This document shows positions 1 through 10,884 of a stretch of 64,000 nucleotides of DNA, one piece after another. A program made the position numbers and the translations under genes. The stretch comes from Podarcis filfolensis. Lineage: Eukaryota. Below the pieces are notes generated by a model. It did no database searches and was not told the origin of the DNA. It saw only the letters and a program-made list of their open reading frames with translations. How positions within the stretch are numbered: position 1 is the first letter of the stretch; every line of letters begins with the position of its first letter. The stretch is taken from assembly GCA_964270895.1 (NCBI GenBank), contig OZ185440.1; one strand, given 5' to 3'.

Positions 1-42
1 CACTCTCAGCGCCTCTGAGAAGAGCGTGGCTCCTTAACTCCC

Positions 43-366
43 GGATGCGGGTAGTGCTGTGGGTTAAACCACAGAACCTAGGACTTGCCGATCAGAAGGT
101 CGGCAGTTCGAATCCCCCCCACAGGGTGAGCTCCCCTTGCTCGGTCCCTGGCTCCTGCCAACCTAGCAGTTCAAAAGAACGTCAAGGTGCAACTAGATAA
201 ATAGGTACCACTCTGGCAGGAAGGTAAACAGCATTTCCATGCGCTGCTCTGGTTTGCCAGAAGCGGCTTAGTCATGCTGGCTCCCTCAGCCAATAAAGCA
301 AGATGAGTGCTGCAACCCCAGAGTCGGCCACGACTGGACCTAATGGTCAGGGGTCCCTTTCCCTTA
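43..366 (+). mobile_element. Sauria SINE (tRNA-related head, BovB-related ACCTTT tail)
   Basis: Matches the Sauria SINE layout: GTGGGTTAAACCACAG...GGCAGTTCGAATCC...TAGATAAATAGGTACC...GGTCAGGGGTCCCTTT. Flanked by an 11-bp TSD, CCTTAACTCCC, at 32-42 and 367-377. Confidence 0.9.
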
Positions 367-479
367 CCTTAACTCCCATGCTATTTCCCCACAGTTCATG
401 GAACAGAAATGTCTATTACACACACCTTTTTCTCGGAGAACTTTCATCAGTCGGCCCAAGCCAAGGGCCCCAGAGGAGC

Positions 480-1250
480 TCCCTCTTCGGCGCCCTTGTC
501 CGCCCTTCGCCTCCTCCCCCTCCCCCCGCACCTCTCCGCCTGCGCTCACCTTGTGGTCCAGGACCCCGATGTAGCCTTCCAAGGGGCGGTCGGGGAGGCG
601 CCTCTGCCCGCTGCCGCCCAGTTGCTGAGGGCTCTCCGGCTTCTGGCTCGCCGTCACCGCCACCTGCTGCTGCTGCTGCTGCTGCGGTTGACTTTGCTCT
701 TTCGGGCTTCCGTCGCCGCTGCTGCCGCCTCCTCCGCCGCCGCCACTACCAGCGCCTCCGCCTCCGATGCTACCATACATGAGCAACAAGCTAGTGCACA
801 TGGTGGTGAGCGCTAAAGACACAGCCAGCCCATGGCGCTGAAAAGGGGGACAAGGAGACACGCTGAGAGAACCCGCCGTGCGCAGGGGAGAGCGCGCTCC
901 CTACCAGGCAGGCGGCGAGCCGAGCGCTGCGGAGCCCGAGGCCGGACGTGGTGGTGATGGCGGAGCGGGAAACGGCGGCGGCGGCGGCCAGGAGGCGTTG
1001 CACGCGGGCGGCTCAGGCGGCAGCACCGTCGCCGGGGTCCCTCGCGGCTCAGTCGCCGCCCCTCCAGGTCTCCCGCTTCCCCGCCGCTCTCCTTCCCACC
1101 TCACCAGCCCCCGCCCCGCGCGCGCCTCGCCGCTTCCCGCCTCGCCTTTGCAACCCGCCACTGTTGGAGGAGTTCTGATTGTTGTCAATAAAAGCTCGGC
1201 GTCTCTCTCTCTTTCTCTCCACACCCGCGCCAGCCTAACTCATGTGAGGC
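480..1250. promoter_or_regulatory. CpG island over ST6GALNAC5 exon 2 and intron 1
   Basis: Very GC- and CpG-rich stretch against AT-rich, CpG-poor flanks. Boundaries are approximate. Confidence 0.8.
550..837 (-). CDS. ST6GALNAC5: ST6 N-acetylgalactosaminide alpha-2,6-sialyltransferase 5, coding exon 2 (TM anchor and polyGly/polyGln stem)
   Basis: Encodes RHGLAVSLALTTMCTSLLLMYGSIG...QQQQQQQ...RPLEGYIGVLDHK, matching the vertebrate ST6GALNAC5 N-terminus. Acceptor is TCCCCCTTTTCAG (838-850, minus strand) and donor is AAG|GTGAGC at 550/549. 288 nt, phase 0/0. Downstream exons lie left of the window. Confidence 0.95.
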
Positions 1251-2093
1251 AGCCCCTTTTTTTGCAAGTTTCCCGTCCTTTTTTATGGCGGGGGTGCGGG
1301 TGGGTGTGAGGAGAATGCAGCTCCGCGTCTTGGTAGCCTTTGCAAGTTTTAACTTCTTCTGGAAGGGGTTGGGTCTCCTCTCCATGGAGAGATCCCTGCA
1401 GGTTGGTGCGGGCGGGCGGGTGCCACCCAGCGCTACCATTTTAATCTCTGGGGTGGCGGAAGAAGCCGGGGTGGGGAGGGGTGGAACCGTCTATTTCCTG
1501 CAAGTTCCAAAGCAGAGAAGCCTCTTGAAAAGTGCGGCTTCCTCCTGAATTTGACCCCCCCCCCCCCACACACTCTGCTTTCTGCCTTCCTAAGCCCCTC
1601 TCTCTTATCCTCCTCTCACTTTTCCGGCTTACCCTTTCGCTGCCATTCCCACTGCTCCCACGTTTTGCAGTTTTTTTGGGTGGGGGAGAGAGAAATGCCT
1701 GCCCGTGATTATTGCCCTAAGCGCTTGAGATCCCTCCTTGCAAGGCAAGTCGGTTCAGCTTGAACACCAACAGCCATCATCATGGCATGTGAACCTATTT
1801 GCTATTTAAAAAAAAGGGCAGGCGGGAAGTTCCTTTGCTTCTCTTCCTTGACAAGGTTTCAGCCCAAGACCCCCTTTGCAAAATTGCCCATGGAGCAAAA
1901 ATGCCCATAAATAAATAGGGCAAGCTGCACAGAGGCTGAAACCACCCGACCCAAAGGAAGCCTGGGGTCTTTCTTGTCTGTCTCTCCCGACAACTCCCAG
2001 CCAGGTCTGGTGGTTTCGCTTCACAGTTCCTAAGGACCGGAGGCGGGGGAGCGTAATCTGGGACCATTTTTAGTTCCTGCGAAACTGACTTAC

Positions 2094-2108
2094 CATCAGC
2101 GTCTTCAT
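2094..2108 (-). CDS. ST6GALNAC5: ST6GALNAC5 coding exon 1 (MKTLM)
   Basis: ATG AAG ACG CTG ATG followed by a canonical GTAAGT donor. It joins exon 2 in frame to give MKTLMRHGLAV, the known ST6GALNAC5 start. Intron 1 is 838-2093. Confidence 0.93.
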
Positions 2109-2140
2109 TTTCGTGCCCCTCTCCTTTAGATACCGCGATC

Positions 2141-2185
2141 TCAGGCTCGAGCGACTGAAGCCACTTTTTCCTCGAGGGTTTCCAT
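2141..2185 (-). promoter_or_regulatory. Upstream ORF (METLEEKVASVARA*) in the ST6GALNAC5 5' UTR
   Basis: ATG in strong context GCAATGG, 14 codons, with the TGA ending 32 nt before the main ATG. Assumes the TSS lies upstream of 2185. Confidence 0.6.
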
Positions 2186-2420
2186 TGCGAAGGAGCCAGT
2201 TAATGCGGTTTCCGCCGGGGATTGGGAGCGGGGATAAAAAATCCAAAGCCACAGTCGGGATCAGCCCAACCTTGAGCTGTTGTGGGAAGCGCGGCTGTTG
2301 CAGAGATTAGAGAGAGAATTAAAACTGGACCCTTTTAGAGTCTCCCAGTGATCTACACAACTGCCGCCTGGCGGGACCTTCTGGGTCCTAAGGCGCGCCG
2401 GCTCACAGCTCCTTCTCGGG
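2186..2420 (-). promoter_or_regulatory. ST6GALNAC5 5' UTR and proximal promoter, with a CTCF-like motif at 2361-2374
   Basis: CpG-rich segment directly upstream of exon 1. CCGCCAGGCGGCAG (minus strand) fits CCASYAGRKGGCRS at most positions. The TSS cannot be determined from sequence. Confidence 0.5.
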
Positions 2421-5030
2421 CTCAGCATAGGTAGAATTTTAACAGTTTACTTTTAGCTTTTATTAACCCTAGGTGAAAATCAGATGCCTACTTTCTTCGA
2501 TTTGTGGAGAGGGGAAAATATCGCTCCAGGAGACAGGAAAAGGAATCCTAAGTTTGCACTCACAAACTCTATAATGGCATATTCGATCAGTGAATGACCC
2601 TTTCCTGACCAACATAAATTATATACGTATTTAAAAAATACAAGGCGTACTTGCAGGCTGATAATACCAGCAATTATCTTCTTCAAAATTCCTGTTTTAA
2701 GCACTATTCTCTACCTAATCATTTCATTTTTAAAGACCTAAGTGCCTGTAGTTTTCTGGCCATTAATTCTATCTCTCTATCTCTCACTAGGCTTTTGTAT
2801 GTTTTCCAAGCAACTCTTTTGTGAATAGTTCCATTATCTTTTCATAGTGCTTGATTATTTAACTACAGTTTAAATGTTTTCTAGGTCTTATGTCTGTGAG
2901 CCACTTATGCATATCACATATCCTACCTTCCTTCCAGTCATTCATAAAGCATATTTGGTTGCTTTTCATATCACATAGCCTAGCATAATCTTTAAAATGT
3001 TTGCTTTGTACTAATTTTAGATTATAGCTTTCTCTATTAATAAAACGGTTTTGCTTATTTTATGTGTCCCATTTTCTTTCCCTGGGGCTTTTTCTTCTTC
3101 TTTATTAATGATTCAAATTTCATTGGTATAAAACTTTAGTAAAGTAAACTGAATTTCATACTTTCCTTGCTCACATTCCTTGCACCCTTCAAGTTGTTTT
3201 CTTAAGAAGTGATTAAAATGACACTATTATAATTTAGATAATATGCATGTCTTAATTATGTACACATTCTCTCCAAATTGCACATAACCATCACACTGTA
3301 ATATATATCTTCCCATCTAATCTATTTCTATTCAGTATTTAGGAGAAAACTATCAGCAAGCTAACCTATCCATAGTTGCAAATGGTATCTTTTCAAGGCT
3401 GAAATTGTCTCTGAAATCCATTTTTCATCTTTACTAATTCACTCATGGACTAGTGGTGGAACAAATACAATCACTAGTCTGTTGCAAAAGTAGCACTTAA
3501 GGATTTTTTTTTTAAAAGAAGAAAGTAAAACTGATTATCAGAAGTGTACAATACTAAAACGATCTGGTAGTAAACACGTTTTATCTTATTTCAAAGAAGA
3601 TTGTCGGCACTGGGTTGTTGTTTTTGCCATTTACTCAATTTGTGGTTTAGAACTGAACAGAACCAATAGAGAGGAGAAGCAATATGAAAAGAACCTCATC
3701 AGGTCTTGGTAATTCTTTGTCATGTGGTCTCACTTGAAACTCAGATTATCAGAACAAAGGACCATCTTGATGGATTATTTAAAGCAAAATTAATGGTGGT
3801 TTCCAAGTCTTCCTGTAACAGGCTACAAAAGACAGCTCATGCATTTTAAAAGTACTCCCCACCCCCCCCCCTGCTATGAGCAAGCAGGGTTACTGGCAAC
3901 TGAGAAACTTTTCCCATATCCCATGCCAAATGAAAGCATCATATTTATGATTAAGGCTCATGGATGTAGGTTGGACATCTGTTACACAGTATGTCTAACC
4001 AAGCCATCAAGCTTATGAGTTGGGGTGATAGCTAGAGCTAGTTGCTGAGTCTATTGATTAAGTGGCCCATCTAAATTTTGTAATTTAATGTTGAGCTTGC
4101 CTTGAATCATGTCCAGTTGTCTGATACGCATATATTTAATTAGATTGCCATGATAATCATAGACATAACCCTTGGCAGCCATGACAGGTACTGTTACAAA
4201 CAGATAGTGTAATGTAAATTCTACAGTGGTTTTTTTTATGTGTAGACATAGTGTATCAAGGGAAATTTTTAAAGTCAATTACAAAAGAGCCAAGTTAACC
4301 TAATTTCAATTTAAAGTCACCAAAATTAAGCTTTTTAGCTTTGTAGCTGTTTATTTTAGAGTATTGGTGTGCACATATATGTATTACATGGAAAATGAAC
4401 AGACACATTCCACAAAAATAATTAAATTTGCAGCAAGTACCAGAATAGACTGAGTTCATAAACACTTAATTGAGTTTGGAACAAGTCAATAAAGCATTTT
4501 TATAAGAGTTCAACTAACTTGCTAGATTCAGTGCAAAGTGATTCATAGCAGTTGTAATTTCTTGTTTTAAATGCAAGGGAGACATAAATAATTACTCCTT
4601 GCTTTATACCCATTACCCCTTATGCAAATAGTTTCTGAACGGTAATCTTCCTTGACATCCTAGGCCATTTTACCCATTACTGTATTAAGAACTCTATGTC
4701 ACAGATCCACATTGGCCACTTTCAGGTGACATGAAAAGCCAAGGTTCAGGGATGGGGAGCCTAAGGGCCTCAAGATGCTGCTAGATGCCGATTCCCATCA
4801 GCCCAGGCCATTACCTGTGTTGGCTTGCTAGAAGTGATAGATGTTGGGGTCCAACAACATACGGAGGACTACAGGTGCCATAGTCTATCATGTTGGTAAT
4901 GAGTCTAGTGTCTCCTGGGCCTTGCACTCGCTGGGTCTCCATCATCCAGGTGGTGGAGGAGGAGTTAATAAGCTTTTGCTTCTGTTTGAGATTATCTGAA
5001 GCTTGCTGTGTTGCCTGAACTCAGCAAAGG

Positions 5031-5128
5031 GTGGTTAATCTTAACTATGGTTTGTTGGAACAAACCAATTTCATACCATCATTTATGAATCTGACTTGCA
5101 TCAACAAATCATAGCTACGATTAACCAC
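5031..5128. repeat. Inverted repeat / palindromic mini-element (27-bp arms)
   Basis: GTGGTTAATCTTAACTATGGTTTGTTG (5031-5057) pairs with CAACAAATCATAGCTACGATTAACCAC (5102-5128) at 24/27 positions. Confidence 0.7.
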
Positions 5129-6191
5129 TGTTTAGGTTTTGGATGCAATGCTAAACTCTAATCAATCAACATCAAAAGCAAAAGCTTCTGCCGCCTTCTT
5201 GCAACTGTGCCAAGAAGGAGATAAAAGGTGGAGTGTGCAAGCCTGTGGAGGGACTGGGCTCGCTCCCAACACTAGTATCCATCCCATTCATGGAGTTCAG
5301 AGAAGTGCAATTGGGATTCCTGGCTGGTCTGTCATTTAGGCACTAGGTGGGTCCAGATCTTATCAGCTCCAGTAGTAACATTAAGGTGACAGTCATAGCG
5401 GGAGAAAGTCTCAATGCCCAGAACTGTCTGGATGACTTTTTGGCACTAACAGAAGGCACACTGGTGGTGATGGATGCAGTGACCGATTCTGAGACACTAA
5501 TCCATCACTCTTCAGAACTCCTGAATCTCAGGCCCAACTGGGTTTTTTAAACTGAGTAATGGCCTGATATCACAAGAAAAAACAGGCACTGTCCTCCCAA
5601 ACTTCAGAGCTGCTTTTGAAGTGAAGGTGATCTTGGGATCTTCCTGCCCCCCCCCCTTTTTAACTGTAGAACTGCTGCAAGTTCCACAGTCACTGCTCCA
5701 GCCTGCCTTTCTTCCTCAGTGCCTCCGAGAGGCAGTAGTGCAATGGCACACTTGATCAATCATGTCGTTTTCAAGAGAATCTTCAAATTTACCCCAGTTA
5801 CCAACTAATATATAGTGATCATTTTCAGACATGGATGCATGTGGTATTGCACACATGTCTGCATGCACAATTGGTTAAAATGATGCTTCTGTTTCAGCAT
5901 GGCACAGCAGACATAGCTAAAAATGATCACTACACGTATGTCCACAAATGGTGTAAATTTGGGACTGTTATATGAGTTCCTGTGTGATGCGTTTTATACT
6001 ATGCACATAGTATATATAGCTGTGCATGCACTAAATGCCACCATATCTGAAAATGATCACCATATATCAGCCCACATACCATGTATCAGTGGGGTTTTTA
6101 TTTTTGAAAAATTGCAGAATTGTTTTGTAAAATTCAACCACTCCATTGCAATATTTCCAGAGCAAAGCAGTTTCAGTGGTGCTATGTGTTA

Positions 6192-6730
6192 ATAGAATCA
6201 TTACAGAATTGTAGAGTTGGAAGGGACCCCAAGAGTCATGTAGTCCAACCCCTTGCACCTCAGGAATCACAGCTAAATCATCTCTGACAGATGGTTATCC
6301 AAATTCTGCTTAAAGACCTCCAATGAGGGAGAGTCCACCACTTTCTGAAGCAGTCCATTCCACTGTTGAACAGCTGTTACCATCACAAATTCCATCCTAA
6401 TGTGGGAATATTCTTTCTTGTAATTTAAGCACATTTGTTCGGGTCCTGCCCTCTGGAGCAGCAAAGAACAAGCTGACTCCATCTAACATGGGGCATGCCT
6501 TCAGGTATTTGAAAATGACTATATCACATCACCCCTTGGTCTTCTCTTCTCCAGGCTAAGCATAACCAACTCCCTCAACCATTCCTTACAAATCTTAGTT
6601 TCCAGAACCCTTGATAATCTTGGTCACCCTCCTCTGCACACATTCCAGCTTGCCAACAACCTTCTTAAACTGTGGTGCCCAGAACCCCCAGGTGGGATTC
6701 TGACCAAGGCAGAATAGAGTGCTACCTTTA
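6192..6730 (-). mobile_element. CR1 LINE, 3' fragment
   Basis: Minus-strand translation NGLLQKVVDSPSLEVFKQNLDNHLSEMI matches the CR1 ORF2 C-terminus. It is followed by the CR1 3' UTR (GGTTGGACTAC...CCCTTCCAACTC...GATTCTAT). Confidence 0.88.
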
Positions 6731-7669
6731 TCTGGACGCTATCAGCACAAGATATGAATTATATATTTAAAAAACTGTACTTGTTTGTGGTTGCTCAAAT
6801 GGACATATTTGTTTGCAGTACTCCTGTTGAGTAACCAGGGCTTCCACTTTTGAGCATGCAAATGCTCTCCCCATAATAATCCCAGAGTCAGCCTGTCAGC
6901 ATCTGTCCTCTGCGTTCAGAATGCCTTCAAGCTATTGCCATGCAGAGTCTACAGCTGTTCAACTTCATTCTCCTCCTTTCATGACATCTTTCTCTTAGAG
7001 GTTTAACTGTTTTGCATCTCTCTGTGAGGCACTTTTTAATTTTCAGGTTGTTGTTTTTTAAACGGTGCTAATACTCTGGGGCAACATATATTACTCTGGC
7101 TCACCTGTATTTATAATATAATTTCCTATGCTAGATGGGATCGCACCACGCCCCATCCCCTCTCTGTGTATGTACTTGAATGTACATTAAAACAGGGGAG
7201 ATCAGAGGATAAATGGATGTGGAATCACCAAGCTATAGATGATTTTGTTATGACATTAAAACCCCCCAACAAACTATGGAGGGAGGAAAATCCTTCACAG
7301 TTGCAGCATTTTGCATCGTTGTATTATTTTGTTCTCTTTTTCATTGTTTTTAGCGAGTGGGGGGATAAACTGGTATTTTGGGGAAGCAAAGCAGAAAGAC
7401 AAAGGGTGGGATCACATAGAACTGAGTTAAAACAAGCTATGACGTTATTGCTTACAAGGAATTTATCAGAACACAGACAGGAAACACTCTACTTTTGACA
7501 GTGGAGGAGCCCAGTCTGCCTATGAGAGATCAGGGAGAAAGAGTGTCTTAAAACAGCAAATGGAGGGAGCTGCTCATACTGGCCAATGCTATCAACCTGG
7601 GGGCGCAGTTGGCTATGGGATGCAATCTATGAATCCACATCCCAATAAGTCTCTTGGGCCTCTCACAAG

Positions 7670-7803
7670 TTTAGAAAGAGTTGGAAGGGATAACAAGTGT
7701 CACCTAGTCCAAACCCACTGCAAATGCAGGAATATTTTGCCTAATATGGGGCTCAAACCTACAACTCTGAGATTAACAGTCTCATGTTCTACCGACTGAG
7801 CTA
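7670..7803 (-). mobile_element. tRNA-Lys-derived SINE with CR1-type tail
   Basis: Minus strand TAGCTCAGTCGGTAGAACATGAGACTGTTAATCTCAGAGTTGTAGGTTTGAGCCCC is a decayed tRNA-Lys(CTT). It is followed directly by TGGACTAGGTGAC...CCCTTCCAACTC, the CR1 3' end. Confidence 0.8.
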
Positions 7804-10364
7804 TACATTGTATATTTTATTTATAGATTAACTTTTTTCCTTTTTGCAGAGATAAAAGGTTAGTGAAATCAGCTTTGCATTGCAAACGCAACCAGTGGAA
7901 AACATTCAGCAACTAGCATGGTAATGAGCTCATTCTATAGATTTTTTAAAAACTGCACACTGATTCATGAAATGCTTTTCAAAATTGGGAATGTGCATCA
8001 AGAACTGGTCAAAAGGGGGTGGTGGAAACAATATGCTGGATCAATCAATACTATCTCCCTTTTATGAAATTGGGCTGTCTTTGAACTTCTGACAGAAGCA
8101 AACAGCTAAAGAATGAAATATTGCCGAGAAGGAAGAAGTGCAAATGAAAATGCACGGGGGACAGCATGATAAGATCTGCTGACTTGGCCATTTTAGTGCA
8201 TTTTTTTCCTGGGGTTCTCCTTATTCTAGGCAGTATACATAAAGGTATTAGCTATATGAGAACAAATATTTTCAAGCAGTATAGAAGAAACCCACCAGCG
8301 AATAAACAATATGCATGTTGCTTGTCTCTTTCAAAAACATAGTCCTGGTTTAACAAAGTCGTATCTTCTGCATTTTAAACATCTGGGATAAGGGCATTCC
8401 TTTTTAAACATTTTGAATATAAATAAATAATGTCACTGAAGTGCAGAAGGCAAGCCTATTCTTTTCCTATTACTATTTCAAAGATACAGACATTTGCATT
8501 TGTGTATGTGTATGAGTTTAAGTAAATTTGCTGAAGACAAAGGAATAAATTCTCTACCTAGAAAATTAGCTAATTTAATGGAATGCTACAGAATTAATAA
8601 AAGCAAAGTGAAATGTTGCAATTTTTGCAAATTATTGGACAGCTGTTTCAGAAATATATGGGGATGTTCAAAGGAAGGGATTATAAACAGTGCTTTGTCT
8701 GTAGCAGATTGTGATTTGCGGCCTCCATTTGTCTTTGCCCCCCCCCCTATTTTGTCTAAGAAATATTCTAGAACAATGTTGCACTTGAAATAAAATTAGC
8801 ATTAAGAGGGTAGGCTCATCTAACTAATATGCATAGAAGAAGGCATTAATAAACCATGAGAAAGGACTAAAAGATAAAAATATATTATGGTGCAGTTTTC
8901 GGCGCCTTATGTATTAGTTGATAGCCCAGAGGGAGTTCTCCTGCTGTTACTTACACAAACACAAACATCACTTACGATGACAGGCTGAACCACAAGACTG
9001 ACAACAAGTGGATCTGTTTCTGTGAAATCCAAGCAGGGGCACGTCAGAGACCCATCAAATATCTTCGAAATCAGCCTAGCAATTGTTTTTGTTTTGTCAT
9101 TGAGTTTTGTGTGTGTTTGAGGCTTGGAGGGACTTGGTGTTATTCTATTGTCTTGACACATGCACGAGTACTTATTTTGTAAGCAAGAGGAATCTATGTG
9201 ACAGAAAGCAGTGCAACTCTTGGATAACTCTGCTCTTGAATTTTGGCCAAAAGTATATTGCTGCTCTTCTCACAAACAAGAGATTGTATGCATGAGGTAA
9301 AGGGGCAAAGGCAGCTAAGGAATCAATAGTTACTCTCCTTATACTGTAGGGTGGGTGTGATTTAGCTTTATGGGATAGAGCAGGCCTGAAGGTCTTCTAT
9401 GTACTGTAGCTGTCAGTGGTGGCCAGTAAGATGCTTCACTAAGCAAAACAGCCAGAAGTTTGCCTTCTAAGCATCAGGAAGCAGCTGTAGAAGGGGGACA
9501 GCCAGCCAGCACCGTGGAAACACACAGTTGCTGATTGGATAACATGGAGGTAAGCCACTGATGTCTGCAGTGTCCAGGGAGTAACCCCACACTTGTTCCT
9601 GTCTAATATGTATAGATAGGAACTCTCCTTCTCATTCAATCGCCACACTAGATACTGGGGTTTTTGACTAGCGGAGCAACCCAATGACAGCCACTGATGC
9701 CAGGAGCCTCCAGAGGAGCCCACACCCATAATCTGAAAGCAAAATTAACATACATTCCTCATACTAGAGATGCGAGGCATAGGATTAAGTAAAACAAATC
9801 CAGTTATTTTGTATCCCAGGCAAATAGCAGTGTGATACATAAAACACAGATAGTGAAAATGTGAAACTTGTAGATTTCCCAGGGTTGGCATAAATGTGGA
9901 CATAGCACAATGTACATCAGCCTTGCAGGACTGTTTGGAGCCATATCAGCACAGCCGAGGGGGACAGTGAGTCACTTTGGGATACAACTGTATCATATTG
10001 TATTGTTTCTATCAGTAACAATCAGGTACACCCTGGTTATGGTACATCAGTGGAGCCAGGCTTTATGCTTAATAACAAGACCTGGGGAATACTTGATAGA
10101 AATGAATCTTCATCTCACCTGCAACAGGTTCGCCAATCATTTAAATGTCTACATGTGCAAAGAAATGTGCATGTGCATTAGATCTCTCCAAGGTGTAAAA
10201 CACAATAACCAAGAGATCCATGGGTACATATCAGTTTGCATGGGAAGTCAAGGTGCAGGCAAATAGCGAACTAAAATCTCCTGCCGTGGCTTCAGATTCC
10301 TAATTTTTTGTTTCTTCACATACACATTCTCAAAACTGACCACAAGATGTCAAAGAGAAAAACA

Positions 10365-10545
10365 ACTACCAGACTTTTAGAAAACATCTGAAGGCTTTTA
10401 ATGTTTAATAGACTATTGCATTTTAATATTTTGTTGGAAGCCGCCCAGAGGGGCTGGGGAAACCCAGCCAGATGGGCGGGGTATAAATAAATTATTATTA
10501 TTATTATCATTATTATTATTATTATTATTATTATCATTATTATAC
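10365..10545 (+). mobile_element. LINE 3' end (L2-type stem-loop) with (TTA/TCA)n tail
   Basis: CCGCCCA...GCTGGG-GAAA-CCCAGC...TGGGCGG nested stem-loop, then TATAAATAAA and a microsatellite tail. The clade assignment is from recollection. Confidence 0.65.
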
Positions 10546-10634
10546 CAACAAGATCAACACCAATGCCTGTAGGTGTTGAATACTTATAGAGGGAAATCAG
10601 TGGGTCCCACCCACTTGTCAAAGTTGGTCCACAG

Positions 10635-10884
10635 CAGGGGCCAGCAACCTTTTTCAGCCATGGGCTGGTCCACCGTGTCTAAGACCATGTGGTGAGCTGG
10701 ACTATATTTTGAAAAGAAAAATGAATGAATTCCTATGCCCCACAAATAACCCAGAGATGCATTTTAAATAAAAGCACACATTCTACTCATGTAAAAACAC
10801 GCTGATTCCTGGACCATCCACGGGGCGGATTAAGAAGGTGATTGGGCCGCATCCGGCCCACGGGTCTTAGGTTGCCTACCCCTG
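10635..10884. mobile_element. Non-autonomous hAT (Charlie-type) DNA transposon
   Basis: TIRs CAGGGGCCAGCAACCT / AGGTTGCCTACCCCTG. Perfect 8-bp TSD GTCCACAG at 10627-10634 and 10885-10892. Confidence 0.92.

Noticed and set aside
817-840. RE1/REST-like motif at the exon 2 acceptor (TTCAGCGCCATGGGCTGG)
   Set aside because: The right half-site is poor, and the match is explained by the acceptor plus the Arg-His-Gly codons.
303-1548. Several long overlapping ORFs on both strands
   Set aside because: These are low-complexity products of the CpG island and of the antisense of exon 2. Only 550-837 has splice sites and homology.
2109-2252. GTG-initiated in-frame N-terminal extension of ST6GALNAC5
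   Set aside because: GC-rich leaders often lack stops by chance, the strong uATG intervenes, and nothing supports its use.
7739-7803. tRNA-Lys gene
   Set aside because: The acceptor stem, anticodon and T-arm are mutated and the sequence is fused to a CR1 tail, so it is a SINE head.
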